A stretch of 64,000 bases of DNA from Prorocentrum cordatum (lineage: Eukaryota): assembly GCA_963575745.1 (NCBI GenBank), contig CAUYUJ010000224.1, positions 1-64,000 on the forward strand, read 5' to 3'. Below, piece after piece: positions 38,928 through 51,973 of the stretch; position 1 is the stretch's first letter; every line of letters begins with the position of its first letter. Both the position numbers and the translations under genes were made by a program. The notes under the pieces are model-generated. The model searched no databases. It had not been told where the DNA came from and saw only the letters and a list, made by a program, of their open reading frames with translations.

Positions 38928-40225
38928 GCCTGCCTCGGCCTCAGCCTCAACCACTCAGCCTCAGCCTGCCTCAGCCTCAGCCTCAGCCTGCCTCAGCCTC
39001 AGCCTGCCTCAGCATCAGCCTCGGCCTCAGCCTCAGCCTGCCTCGGCTTGCCTCGGCCTCAGCCTCAGCCTGCCTCGGCCTGAGCCTCAGCCTCAGCCTG
39101 CCTCAGCCTCAGCCTCAGCCTGCCTCAGCCTGCCTCAGCCTCAGCCTGCATTAGCCTTAGCCTCAGCCTGCCTCAGCCTCAGCTTGCCTCAGCCTCAGCC
39201 ACAGCCTCTGCCTCAGCCTCAGCCTGCCTCAGCTTCAGCCTCAGCCTCAGCCTGCCTCGGCTTGCCTCAGCCTCAGCCTCAGCCTGCCTCGGCCTCAGCC
39301 TCAGCCTCAGCCTGCCTCAGCCTCAGCGTCAGCCTCTAAGCCTCAGCCTGCATCAGCCTCAGCCTCAGCCTCAGCCTGCCTCAGCCTCAGCCTCAGCCTG
39401 CCTCAGCCTCAGCCTCAGCCTCAGCTTCAGCCTGCCTCAGCCGCAGCTTGCCTCAGTCTCAGCGTCAGCCTCAGCCTCAGCCTCAGCCTGCCTCAGCTTC
39501 AGCCGCAGCCCCAGCCTGTCTCGGCTTGCCTCAGCCTCAGCCTCAGCCTCAGCCTCAACCTCAGCCTCAGCCTCAGCCTGCCTCAGCCTCAGCGTCAGCC
39601 TCTCAGCCTCAGCGTTGATCAGCCTCAGCCTCAACCTCAGCCTGCTGCAGCCTCAGTCTCAGCCTGCCTCAGCCTCAGCCTGCCTCAGCCCCTGAGCCTG
39701 CCTCGGCCTCAGCCTCAGCCTGCCTCAGCCTCAGCCTGCCTCAGCCTCAGCCTCAGCCTGTCTCAGCCTCAGCCTGCCTCATCAGCCTCAGCCTCAGCCT
39801 CAGCCTGCCTCGGCTTGCCTCGGCCTCAGCCTCAGCCTGCCTCGGCCTCAGCCTCAGCCTCAGCCTGCCTCAGCCTCAACCTCAGCCTCAGCCTCAGCCT
39901 CAGCCTGCATCAGCCTCAGCCTCAGCCTCAGCCTGCCTCGGTTTGCCTCAGCCTCAGCCTCAGCGTCAGCCTCTCAGCCTCAGCCTGCATCAGCCTCAGC
40001 CTCAGCTTCAGCCTGCCTCAGCCTCAGTCTCAGCCTGCCTCAGCCTCAGCCTGCCTCAGCCTCAACTTCAGCCTGCCTCGGCCTCAGCCTGCGTCAGCCT
40101 TAACCTCAGCCTGCCTCAGCCTCAGCCTGCCTCAGCCTCAGCCTCAGCCTGCCTCGGCGTGCCTCAGCCTCAGCCTCAGCCTGCCTCGGCCTCAGCCTGC
40201 CTCGGCTTCAGCCTGCCTCAGCTCG
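38928..40225. repeat. (CCTCAG)n/(CCTG) compound satellite
   Basis: Direct reading, about 1.3 kb. Confidence 0.97.
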
Positions 40226-40705
40226 GGCATTCAAAATATAGCACAGGACTAGTGTTTTGGGAACACGAAGATCACGAAGTAGTGGCCGACAGTTTGCTCC
40301 GGGCAATCAGAATATGGTACAAGAGTGATGTTCTGGGAGCACGAAGAACACGAAGTGGCCTACAGTTGGCTCCGGGCAATCAAAATATGGCCTGGGAATG
40401 GTGTTCTGGGAACACGAAGAACACGAAGTGGCCTACAGCTGGCTCCGGGCATTCAAAATGTGGCCTGGGAATGGTGTTCTGGGAACACGAAGAACACGAA
40501 GTGGCCTACAACTGGCTCCGGGCATTCAAAATGTGGCCTGGCAGTGGTGTTCTGGGAGCACGAAGAACACGAAGTGGCCTAGAACTGGCTCCGGGCATTC
40601 AAAATGTGACCTGGGAATGGTGTTCTGGGAACACGAAGAACACGAAGTGGCCTACAGTTGGCTCCCGGCATTCAAAATGTGGCCTGGGAGTGGTGTTCTG
40701 GGAAT
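40225..40705. repeat. 73-bp tandem repeat, about 6.5 copies
   Basis: ggctccgggcattcaaaatg at 40441, 40514 and 40587. Confidence 0.95.
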
Positions 40706-41559
40706 GGATTCCCAAGAATTCCTAAGAATTCCTAAAGATTCCTGGGGCTGCACTTTTGCCCGGCTCCTTGTCCGGATCCCGCCCAGACCCCCCTGGGGCG
40801 TCAAGATGCTCTCTTTTGAGGGAAGGCGTCGGAACTTTTGAGGAGCGCATTGAAAAAATCAAGCCAATGGATCTCAAGGTTTCGTGCCTCCTGGCGCCGC
40901 CCCATCACTCTTTCTCTCCAGCCGCCTCCTCACTCCCTCCATTCTCTCCCCGCCCCTCTCCCCATTCTCTCACTTCTCCTGCCTGATCACAGCAGTCCGC
41001 AGCGCATCCTGGCAGAAGGAAGGTCGCGCGCACAGCGCAGGGCAGCACGAACACGTGCGAACCGACACGCTTTGCCTCCCGCCCCCCCCCCTCGCACGGG
41101 CCCGCCCTCCTTTCCTCTTGCCCCGCTCTTCTGCCCACCTCTCGCCCCCCACTCGCCCCTTGCCCAGGGGCGCCCGATTGAGCCCCCAACCCAGCCGCCC
41201 GGGGGGGGGCCTGGGCTTTGGGGCTGGGCCCCTGTCCGACCACGGCGCGACAATCAACCTGCCGGGCCACTTGCGCCTCCAGAACACGCGGCCTTCTTTC
41301 AGAGCTGACCGCAAGCACTCTCGAGAGTAAAACTGGAGGAGGAGGGACAAGGGAGCCAGAAGAGGACCTGGAGGCGAAGCAGACAAGGGCCCTGCGCCAC
41401 TGGCACCCCCCGTTAGGCGCGCGCGCGCGCCCGTCAAAGGCAAGGAGCGGGGAAAAAGAAAACAAGGCGAAGCGGCGGCGGCAGAAGAGGCGAAAGAAGG
41501 AGAAAGCCGACTTGGGAGGCTAGAGGGGGCGCCCGCGGGGCTAGCGCAATCAGGCCGGC

Positions 41560-42190
41560 CCGGCAGCCAGGCGGCGTTGCTGAGCAATGGGCCCAGACAG
41601 CGCAGCCCGCGACCCTGGGGCCAGGCCAGCGCGCCGCCGCCGGCGAGACGTCCTGGGCCGCTGGGTGGCGGACCGACACATCGATCCAATGCCGGCCGGC
41701 CCCGTCGTTGCACTCAACGTCGAAGACCGCGCGCTCGAGGAGGTCCGCGCTTGCTGGGTCCGCCAGCAGCCTGCTGCGGGCGAGGTCCCAAGCCGGCACC
41801 CGCTGCTCGGTCAGCGGCTCTTGCGCCGCCAGCGGCGGACCAAACCAGCCGCCCCGTTTTCGAGGCCGCCGTGGCGTCGCTCCACGCCGCCGCCAAGTGC
41901 GCACGTGGCCGCGTGCGTGCCCTGCTCGTCCAGCGGCTGTCCGAAGGGCGCGCGGGCAGTTCTGGCAGATCTGCGTGGCCGTCGGAGCTCTGCCAGCGTG
42001 CACTCAGGCCTGGGCAGGTGCGCGCGGGTGCGAAGCGCCGTGGCCCAGAGAGCGTCATCCATCGAGCACGCGGGATCGCTCGGGTAGTCGAGGAACCCCA
42101 CGGCCCCTGGCCCTCTGGCCCTCAGGAGCGTCGCCCGTTCGTGCTGGTGCAAGCGCCGCCTCAAGGCAGCGTGGGCTTTCTTTTGCACAG
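41560..42190 (-). pseudogene. Decayed CRE-like retrotransposon C-terminus (zinc knuckle and RLE)
   Basis: LLRARGPGAVGFLDYP...MDDALWATALRTR, GQPLDEQGTHAATCALGGGVERRH, TEQRVPAWD...RAVFDV...WIDVSVRHP across frameshifts. Confidence 0.75.
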
Positions 42191-42499
42191 CTTACACGAG
42201 AGCTCTCCCCTCCCTGCCCCCGTTCCTCCCTCCCCGCCGCCTTGTCGCTCCCCATCCCCCAGTCCCTTCTCTCCCACATCTGCCCCGGCTTCCCTCTCAT
42301 CCGCATCGCTCCCGCTTCGCTCCTTCCCTGCATTCCTTTCCCGCACACCCCCTTCTCTCCCCACAGCTCCCTTGCTCCGTCCATCCCCTCCGCACCTGAC
42401 GCCCTTGACACGCGGCCGCGCCAATCGGCCTCACCCCTCGGCCAACCAGCCCTTCCCTCGACGTCCTCCTCCATCCTGCCCACCTCCCAGAGCAATTCA

Positions 42500-42759
42500 A
42501 ATCCTCCCCCTCCTCCTCCTCCTCCTCCTCCTCCTCCTCCTCTCCTCCCCTCTCCTCCTCCTCCTCCTCCTCCTCCTCCCGTGCCTCCCCGTCCTTCCTC
42601 GTCCTCCTCCTCCTCCTCCTCCTCCTTCCTCTCCTCCTCCTCCTCCTCATCATCATCATCATCTCATCATCATCATCATCATCATCATCAGCATCAACAT
42701 CATCATCATCATCATCTCATCATCTCATCATCATCATCAACAACAACAACATCATCATC

Positions 42760-42791
<32 letters not shown>

Positions 42792-42800
42792 CATCATCAT

Positions 42801-42856
<56 letters not shown>

Positions 42857-42907
42857 CCCCTCCTCATCCTCCTCCTCCTCCTCCTCCTCCTCCTCATCCT
42901 CATCCTT

Positions 42908-42949
<42 letters not shown>

Positions 42950-43620
42950 AGCAGCAGTAGCAGCAGCATCATCAGCATCATCAGCATCAGCAGCATCATC
43001 ATCATCATCAGCAGCATCATCATCATTATCATCATCATCATCATCATCCTCATCCTCATCCTCATCCTCATCCTCATTATCATCCTCATCCTCATCACCA
43101 TCATCATCATCAGCATCATCATCATCAGCATCATCAGCCTCACCATCAGCATCATCAGCATCATCATCATCGTCATCATCATTATCATCAGCAGCATCAT
43201 CATCATCATCGTCGTCAGCATCCTCATCCTTATCCTCATCCTCCTCATCCTCCTGCTCCTCCTCCTCCTCCTCCCCCTCCTCCTCTTCCTCCTCCTCCTC
43301 CTCCTGCCCCTCCTCCCCCTCCTCCCCTCCTCCTCCTCCTCCTCCTCTCCTCCTCTTCCTCCTCCTCCCATCCTCTCCTCCTCCTCCTCCTCTCCTCCTC
43401 CTCCTCCTCCTGCTCCTGCTCCTCCTGATCCTCCTCGTCCTCCTCCCCCTCCTCTCCTTTTCCTCCTCATCCTCCTCCTCCTCCTGCTCCTCTGATCCTC
43501 CTCATCGTCACTCCTCCTCCTCCTGTTCCTCCTCTTCATTCTCGCCTCCGTCCTCGCCCTCCTCCTCCTCCTCCTCCTCCTCCTCCTCCTCCTCCTCCTC
43601 CTCCATTCCTTCTCCTTCTC
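42500..43620. repeat. (CCT)n/(CAT)n/(CAG)n compound microsatellite
   Basis: Direct reading. Confidence 0.97.
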
Positions 43621-43621
43621 A

Positions 43622-44457
43622 CTATTTTCTCCCTGTCGAGCCCCGAGGTCAGTTTTACGGCGGGCCAGGCGTTTTGCCTAAGACTTCCTCATGAGCAGCA
43701 AGCAACAGCTTCACAGATGGAGGGCGGGATCGTCTTCAAAATGTGGCTCTCACTTTATCGCCGCGCACATTCGTTTTGAAAATCTGCAAGAGTTTCAAGC
43801 ATTGAGGGCGGCCGGTTTTCAAAATGTGGCTCTCGCCTTAGCGCCGCGCACATTGGTTTTCAAAGTTTGCAAGAGCTTCACGGATTGAGAGCGACCCGTT
43901 TCCAAAATGGGGCTCTCGCCTTAGCGCCGCGCACACTCGTTTCAAAATCTGCAAGAGCTTCACGGATTGAGGGCGACCCATTTTCAAAATGTGGTTCTCG
44001 CCTTAGCGCCGCGCACACTCATTTTTCAAATTCTGCAAGAGTTTCTCGGGTTGAGGGCGACCCGTTTTCAAAATGTGGCTCTCGCCTTAGCGCCGCGCAC
44101 AATCGTTTTTAAATGTGCAAGGGTTTCACGGATTCCCATGATCAACGTACCAGATGTTGCGTTTTGGTCGGGTTCGGGATTATGAGGGCGCAACAGTCAT
44201 GTTGATTCGCGGCATTGATCTCACAGGAATGGCGCTCTGGCACGACTACGGATCGTCAAGACGCAACAATCAAGTTGATCCGTGGCCTTGGAATCCCGAG
44301 AACAATGTTTTGGCATGCTTCAGGGTCGTCAAACGGTTGTCTCCCAACGAGGCTGTTCTCTCTGTGGAATTGAACCGTTCTGGGTGCCTGCGAAGAAGGA
44401 GATTGGAGGGAGGGTGTATTCCAACATCGTTGATGGCTCTTGGGTTTACAATGGTCC
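43622..44457 (+). mobile_element. Family C copy with about five internal sub-repeats of about 82 bp
   Basis: caagag(c/t)ttc...ttcaaaatgtggctctcgccttagcgccgcgcac repeated, with (CCT)n flanks. Confidence 0.75.
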
Positions 44458-44656
44458 TCCTCCTCTTCCTCCTCCGCCGGCCCCACCCATGAGACCCGCT
44501 TGCGCCGCCAGGCGGTCCTGGAAGCCGCATTCTCTTCACCTGGACCGCCCTACATGGCGGAACAAAAGGCGGAAGCGGCGGAGGGCCAGCGGCGCACGAG
44601 GCTCCCCTCGTAGTTCGTGCAGGCAGAGGGGCCTCAGGGAAGACGACGACGACGAC

Positions 44657-44688
<32 letters not shown>

Positions 44689-44712
44689 CGCCGACGCCGA
44701 CGCCGACGCCGA

Positions 44713-44747
<35 letters not shown>

Positions 44748-44834
44748 ACGACGACGACGACGCCCACGACGCCGATGACGACGACGACGACGACGACGAT
44801 CCCCTGTCGACGATCCCCGTCGACCCCCGACGAC

Positions 44835-44894
44835 CTCCGGCGCTTCCAGATATCTCATGAGTTCTCGAGAGCTCTCAAAGAGGGTCCGAGGTCC
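44835..44894 (-). CDS. Candidate exon (GPRTLFESSRELMRYLEAPE)
   Basis: 60 nt, CAG|G acceptor and GAG|GT donor, between (GAC)n tracts. Confidence 0.35.
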
Positions 44895-45563
44895 CTGGGG
44901 GCCTCCAAAGGCATGCGGGGGCCCGACCACACCAGAAAACGTACGAAAACGTCGCCAACCTCAAGCCTCGACCGTCGAACCTCCATGTGCCTACGACGGC
45001 GACGACGACGTCGACCCCACCATCGCAGACGCGACGAAGACAACGACGACAAAGACGGCCCGACGGGTGCAGACGCGCATTCCTGCGAGCTCTCGCGCCC
45101 AGCTGGCCCCACACCTGACTCGGCTGCGCCCGAGAGAAACTCCCCTCCCCTCATCCACCCAGACGCAGCCACCTCTAGAGGAGGTAGGAACAAAAGCAGG
45201 AGGAGGAGGAAGAGGAGGAGGACTAGAATGGACGATTCTGAAGCAAGCCGTGCAGGTGGCAAGGAAGAGGAGGAGGGGGAGGAGAAGGAGGAGAAGGAGG
45301 AGGAGGAGTGGGAGGAGGAGGAGAAGGAGGAGGAGGACGACGAACGAACAGCAGCAGCTGACGCGGTTGCAGACGCGGGCGCCCTCCTGGGTACCCGCGA
45401 CGCCGCGATGAGCGGCTCGCCGCGCGCGCCGCCAGCATCACGCCGCCGCGGGGGCCTGGCGACAGCCCGCCTCTCCGCCGAACGTCGCCGTCGCTGACGT
45501 CGGCGTCGAAGTCGTCGTGTCCGTCGTCGCCGTCGTCCTCGCCGACGCCGTCGTCGTCGCCGT

Positions 45564-45663
45564 NNNNNNNNNNNNNNNNNNNNNNNNNNNNNNNNNNNNN
45601 NNNNNNNNNNNNNNNNNNNNNNNNNNNNNNNNNNNNNNNNNNNNNNNNNNNNNNNNNNNNNNN
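45564..45663. other. Assembly gap (100 N)
   Basis: Run of N. Confidence 1.
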
Positions 45664-46887
45664 ATCCCGCCATGACATATCCACGACCCTTGTCCACGTA
45701 CCAGCGCTTGGGGGAATCGATATCCTGGAAGGCGCCACGTACCTTCCTGGCCTGTATTTCAATTCGAATATGGCGAGGATTTCTGTCGGGGCCGATGTGG
45801 AGAAAGGTCAGCTGCCCATCTGAGGCCTTTGTCTCAAATCTTTTCCATTGTCCAGGGCCGAGCCTTTGAGCGCCGAGAACTTTGACCACACGCCGCGCCG
45901 CGGGCGCTGCTGCACCGCCGAACTCGATCGTGAAGCTGCGATGGTCAGGATCAGGCGCGGTAAGTTTGCAGTGCTCTGGCGCGACCCCAACTTCCGTGAT
46001 CCAATATGTGCAAAACTTGCTTCACGTTGTCGAGAGGGGTGAGCTTCGCCGCGATGGCCTTGATGATGCACGGGCCGGTGTCTCGTTCAAAGCCAGCAGT
46101 GTTGTCCAAGGGCTCCTTTGGTACGGCACTGGCGACCACCAATAGTTCATTGAGCTTCTTACCTTCGGCTTTGAAGACAGCGATGGCGGAGTCGTGATAA
46201 TCGAGACGGGCTTCGGTAGCTCGCATCGTGATGAGGACCCCGTCAATCTGCTCCTGTAGGCGACGATTGATACCATCAATCAGCTTAGCAGCCGCCGCCT
46301 CCACCATCTTTGGCAAGTCCGCGACGCCACCCGCCAGCTTGGCCGCGCTCTTGGCGTGCTCGGCGAGCTCGGTGGCGAAGCGGCTGACTGCCTCGTCCAC
46401 GGACGACTTGATCGTCTCGAGCATGGTGTCTTTGAACTCTCGCAGCAGCCGAGCGGTCTCTTCTTTGACCAGGAGGCGGGTATAGTTCGAATCCTCGTCC
46501 TCCCAGTCGTCGTCCATGCCACGATCATCATCAGCAGGAGAATTGTCTGCAGTACGGGGGGCACCTTCGGAAGGAGGCTCTCCACGAGCAGGCTCGTTCG
46601 CATGCTCTTCAGCGCGATCAGCCTCATCAGCGCCAGAAGCATGAGCTGCACGCCCCAGAACGGCGGCATCTGCTGCACGGCGCGTCCTCCTCGTCTTCGG
46701 CTGCTCGAGGACCAGGGCCGAGGCGAGCATGCGGCGGCGGCGCGCGGGCCCGCAAGACCTTGGCAACTCTTGGCCCCAGCAGCGCGCAGCTCGACTGGGG
46801 TTGCCCGAAGCGGAGGCTGGCCTCGGACGAAAGGTATCCACGCTGAGTCCGAGGGACACGGGCGTCTTGAGCCAACATGGCTACGGA
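45664..46887 (-). mobile_element. SL-headed intronless retrocopy; coiled-coil ORF resembling LINE ORF1, frameshifted near 45950 and cut by the gap
   Basis: Intronless coding-like stretch of about 1 kb (disordered N-terminus, heptad-rich helix, then ..LHIGPDRNPRHIRIEIQARK..) directly after the DinoSL. The ORF1 identity is inferred from architecture only. Confidence 0.6.
46866..46887 (-). other. Genomic copy of the dinoflagellate spliced leader (relict SL)
   Basis: TCCGTAGCCATGTTGGCTCAAG versus consensus DCCGTAGCCATTTTGGCTCAAG, 21/22. Confidence 0.92.
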
Positions 46888-48655
46888 GGAGGAGGGAGAG
46901 GAGGACGAGGACGAGGAGGAGGAGGAGGAGGGGGAGGAGGAGGAGGGGAAGGCTGCCGAAGGGGCTGGACGGGCCCCCCGCCCTGGACAGTGGCGCGTGT
47001 CGGCGGCGAGCGGGGGGGAAAACAGTGAATGGTGGCAATTGGCGCCTTGAGGCTTCAGGTCTTGAAGGTCTGAGCTGTAGAGGTACGTTGGCACCACTCC
47101 CTGCGGCCGTCTTCGTTGGCCGGGGGACCGTAGAGAGACCTTCAGCCCCCTCAAGCTCCAATGACGGCTTCATGGATTGGTGTACTGATGGGAGTGGGAC
47201 CCGGGCAGCCCCTATGATGGTAGCTGCCGACAAAGCCTTCTCAGAAGGCGGCGGGACTTCTCAGGAGTCCTCCGGCCTTCTGAAAGGTCTTGTCTGCGTC
47301 CTCGGGGACGGGAGGCCCAGAAGACTTTGCGGAAAGCTTTGGGTACCTCCGAGTCTTCTGAGAAGGCCCTCCCCTTCTCACTTCCTCCCGTCACTCGCCG
47401 CCAACCGAGGGCCGAGTTTTTTCAAAGCTGGACGTTTCTGGCCCTTCTCCCGCCTCTGGAGGCCGCTGGAGCCCTCCAGGGGTCTGCCTTAGCCTGAGAA
47501 CGGCGTGCCGACGTGGATTCGCCTGCGGTGAGCGGGCACACGAAAAACTTGCTGCTCCTGACGGGATCTGGCTTCTGCGACCTTTGCTCCCCCAGAAGGA
47601 CCGGACCACTGCCCCAAGTGAGCCCGACAGCAGCCGAGGTGCTATCGGGAGGGGGAAGAGGAGGGAGGATGGAAGACGGAGGACGGAAGACGGAGGCCGA
47701 AACACGGAGGACCAACACGAGGACAAATAACGGAGGAGGATGTGGAGGAGGAGGAGGAGGCAACGGGCCTCTTGCCGCCGCCTCCCACCCAGTGGCCCGT
47801 CCCCAGCTACCCAGCACCCGAGGCGCTCCACACGGCGCAGCTCTGCCCCGTGTGTGGCCGCCGCGCCCTTGCATCGCCAAACACAAAAGGGAGGACGGAT
47901 GCGCCAGACCTGCGACAAGTGCACTACACATCCGACGTCCAACGGCGACGTGACAACTACCACGCCACAAAAGGAGCGCAGTTCCGCCTCCTCCTGCTCC
48001 TCCTCCTCCTCCTCCTCCTGCTCCTCCTCCTTCCCTCCTCCCTCCTCCTCCTTGCCTCTCCCTCCTCCCCTCTCCTCCTACCTCCTCCTCCTCCTCCTCT
48101 CCTCCTCCTCCTCCTCCTCCTCCTCCTCCTCCTCCTCCTCCTCCTGCTGCTGCTGCTGCTGCTGCTGCTGATCCTCCTCCTCCTGGTCCCTCCCTCCCAA
48201 AACAGTGCACTAGACACACATGCGGGAGGCCTGCGCCCCCAGCCCCACGAGGGCCGAGCTCCAGACGGGTATGCGGCCACACGTCGATCCGGCTCTCGCC
48301 AGAGCCAGCAAAGATCAAGTGGACGGCTTGCGAAACCATGGAAGTACTGGCGCTGCCTTTTGTTTTGGGGGGGGGGAATCTGCCTTCACCTCTGCCTGTT
48401 TCCGCCAGGCTTCCGCCTGCAGGGCCGCCGTCGTTTGACTGACGCGGGCTTCCGCCAGCTTCCGAAGCCACCAGTTGGATCCGTCAAAGACGAGACCTTG
48501 TTCGGGACGCCTCTCCAAAAGTCACCAAAGGCCCCCGGGTGTCCCGCGAGGTCTCCACAAGCCCCTGGACGCCCAAAAACTGCGTCCAGCACGGAATGAA
48601 CACGAATGCGCAGTACGTGGTGCAAGCTATCTGGTGCAAGCCAGGTGGTGCAGGG

Positions 48656-48686
<31 letters not shown>

Positions 48687-48729
48687 CAAACCGTGCACGT
48701 CCAGGGTGCATTGGCAGTGAAACGTGCGA

Positions 48730-51640
48730 GGCGATGCTCGCGCCGGCGCGCCAAAGCAGAAGCGCCAGGCAGCCTTGCGCCACGCGTGCGCAGACCCAGT
48801 CAGTGCCTGTTGTAGAGTTGCTTGTCCGCCAGCTGCTTGGCATGCCAAGTCGTAGACACACTGGTTCCAAGTGTTTCTGGGCCGGCCGCGCCTGCGGGGG
48901 CCCCGCGGGCGGGCTAATGTGCACCTCCCTGGCGTCAAGACGCAGCGCCTCACTGCGCTACCATCTGGTTGCCGGGCGACGTTTCCCATCAGGACCAACT
49001 GTCTGTACGCCAGCAAAGAACTCAGCTTGCCGCAACCACATGTGGCGCGCACGGACTCATTGGTGATGTGACTCACATACGAGTGCCCTATGCCAGCCAC
49101 TCTTCGGAGGCACCGTGCTTGGAAGGCGTCCAGCTTGTTTGTCTCGGCCTTGTTGAGCCACACGGTGTGCAAGCAATACATGAGTTTGGATACAATGCAT
49201 GCTTCAAATATCCGCACCTTCCTTCGCAATGGAATATTGCAGTGATTCCAAACCTTGCAGAGCGTGCTGAAATCTGCCGCTGCCATGCCCAAGCGTCTGC
49301 TCAGCTCGGGGCCGCTCCCGCCGCTGGCAGATAGGAGGCCGCCCAAATAAACCATGCTCTCCTTGCACGGCACCACTGCGCCGCCGGGTTTTGTAGGCGC
49401 GGTCTGGCACCTAACAGGCAGGGCCTCTATCTTGCTCCAGATAAACATCAATCCGCACTGCTGCCCTGCCTCCTGGATGCATTTCATGAGCGCGCACACG
49501 AACTCGTCGTTGGTGCCCACCACGAGCGCGTCGTCCGCGTAGATCAGCTTGCTGACCGGAGGCTGCTCATCTTGCGTAAATCCCTGCCGCGTGAAAGCCA
49601 CTGCGGCGTCGTGCATCAAGACTGTCATTACTATGGAAAACAAATACGGCGATAGCGGGCAGCCCTGTGAGATACCGTACTCTTGCGGCCAAGATGCGGA
49701 CACTGCTCCGGCCTCTCGTACCCGGAACGATCTATCCGTGTAGATTGACCGTACACATTCTGCAAATGGTGCTGGCACGCCGGAGCGGAGTAGAGCTTGC
49801 ATTAAACCCTCTGGCGACACACTGTCGAAGGCCTTCGCCCAATCCAGCGCTAGGAAGATCAGCCGGTCGTAGCGGGACTCCAATGTGGCATCGATCATCC
49901 TCCGGGCGACAAACAAGGCGTCTGATGCACCCCGGCCGCTGAAGCCGTACTGCGTGTCCCAGATACAACGATCTGCTCCTGCGTCCTTCAGCCGAGCAAG
50001 CAAAATCATGGCGTAGAGTTCGTGCCCAATCGGATCGGTAGCAGAGAGATGGGTCTGTAGTTGGCGCAATCCGCAACGCCCCCGCAACGTGCCACGCTGC
50101 GGGGACGGACTGTTCGGCCAAGCACCTGCTGCACAACGCCGTAACCCATTCCACTGCCGGGGAATCTGGCACGCAGATCGTCTTCCAGAATTCCGCCGGG
50201 ATGTCGTCACCACCCGGTGCTCTGTTCCGCTTGAGCTTGCGGGCTGCCTTGCACACCTCCACCGCGCTGATTCGACCGCACTCAACAGGCAGCACCGGGC
50301 CAATGGGGAAAGGGTCGTCGACGACGGTCGTCGGCCGCACGGCCCATTGAACCGTGGAGAAATACTCCGCCAGAGTTTCGGCTCTCTTCTCGCTGTCCAC
50401 TTGCTGTCCGCGTGAATCTCGCATCCGTCCTTGCTGCACTCGAGGGCCCTTCCTGAGCTTTCTGATCTCCGTCCAGTCACCAGAGGCCAACAACTCGTCG
50501 AGCCATTTGCTACGGTCAGCTTTCACGGCAGCTTTGATCCTGCCGCGCAGTCGTTTCTCAGCCTCGTAGTCACTGCATTGCCGCGCCTCTCCACGCAAGG
50601 TAATCAGCTCGAGGGTGGCATCGCTGATCCATGGCCTGCTCTTGGAGCCACCAGCCTCTGGCAAGCATTTCCGCGCAGCATCGGCGAATGCGTCCACCAT
50701 GGAACCGTTGAGCTGATCTAATGTGCCATCCAATGGGCCCCGGCCCCCCATGTAATCCACGAAAGCACGCTGGAATGGCGACACAAGTGGGCCATGCGAC
50801 AGCGCTGAGATATCCAGGCGGGCCGCGCGCTGCCGGGCAGTTCTCTGGATGTTCAGGCGCACGTGGCACTGCAAGAGAAAGAGGTGGGATGCCAGAGCGG
50901 CGCCCCTCACAGAATAGACATCGCAAACGTGTTCTTGCAGTTGGCGTGAGCACAAGAAGAAGTCAATCTGCCCAAAATGCTCCGGCGCGGCTGGATCTGA
51001 TGGCCGGGGCCCCACATTGTAGCATGTGATTTGCTCTTCCGGCACGCGGTCGAAGAACGCGTTGCTGACCGCCAAATCGCGAGACACACAAAATTCCAGC
51101 AAGAAGCTCCTGTTCGACTCCGGGTTGAACTCCGCTCCGGGGTTGCCGAAAATGCACGGGCCTAGACGCTCCTCCTCGGAAGGGAAACGTTTGTGAAGTC
51201 TCGCGTTGAAGTCCCCCAGCAATAACTTGCCTCCATGGCCGGACGTGTTACGAACAATCACGTCCAAAGAATTGTAAAAGTCACGTCTGTCTGTCACTGG
51301 CTTTCCGCTATGGGGCGCGTATACACTGAAAATTGGGATTTTTACCTCCTGGAACCCTGATCTTCGCGACAGCGACCCTGGAAGATATCATACGGAGCCC
51401 AATAATACTCTCACGAATACGTGGAGAAAATAAGAAACCCACTCCAGCTGTATCTTGGTCTTCGTGGTCCCCCGATAGCACCGATAGGTAACCCCGTTTA
51501 GTGACAGCATACGTTGACTCGCTCTTGTGCGTCTCCTGGAGCGCCAATACATCGATGGCCCGACTCCGCATAAGAATTTGCAGCTCCTCCAGCTTCGCTT
51601 CTGTCAGCCCCTCGACGTTCCAAGAGCCCGCGGCGACACC
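48730..51640 (-). pseudogene. LINE ORF2: APE endonuclease and reverse transcriptase with at least two frameshifts
   Basis: EN motifs GSWNVEGL, LALQETH, LLLGDFNARL, QIDFFL. RT motifs APGGDDIPAEFWK, QYGF, LDWAKAFDSV, GISQGCPLSPYLF, LIYADD, YLGGLL. Frame breaks near 51320 and 50080. Confidence 0.93.
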
Positions 51641-51973
51641 ATCAGTGCATGGACGTAGCCGCCCGCCTCGGAAATCAGGAACCCCCTCTTCATGTAGCAC
51701 ATCCCCTCTTCTACTCCTTGTCGTGGAACTTATACTTGTACTGGTACTCCGTGCGTGCAGGCTTTGCGGATGAATTCTCAAACGATCGTTCATAAGTGCA
51801 GTATTGCCGACTGCGGGTGAAACGTCACTGATCAAATGCGTTTGTCAATGATGTGGGCCGCTCCCCTTGGCCCCTCCTTTTGCCCTCCCCTTCAGGCCCT
51901 GGGCAGCCTGAGCCACAAGGTCGTCCGCCTTCCTCGCCAACTCCTTCATCTTCGGGCGATTGTGGAGCTCTCG

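Noticed and set aside
41577..43694. 705-aa ORF and similar poly-S/H/E/Q ORFs elsewhere
   Set aside because: Trinucleotide-repeat read-through with no domain content in that frame.
46866..46887. SL RNA gene
   Set aside because: No GT donor or SL intron follows the 22-mer. It runs into an mRNA-like UTR and ORF, so it is a retroposed relict.
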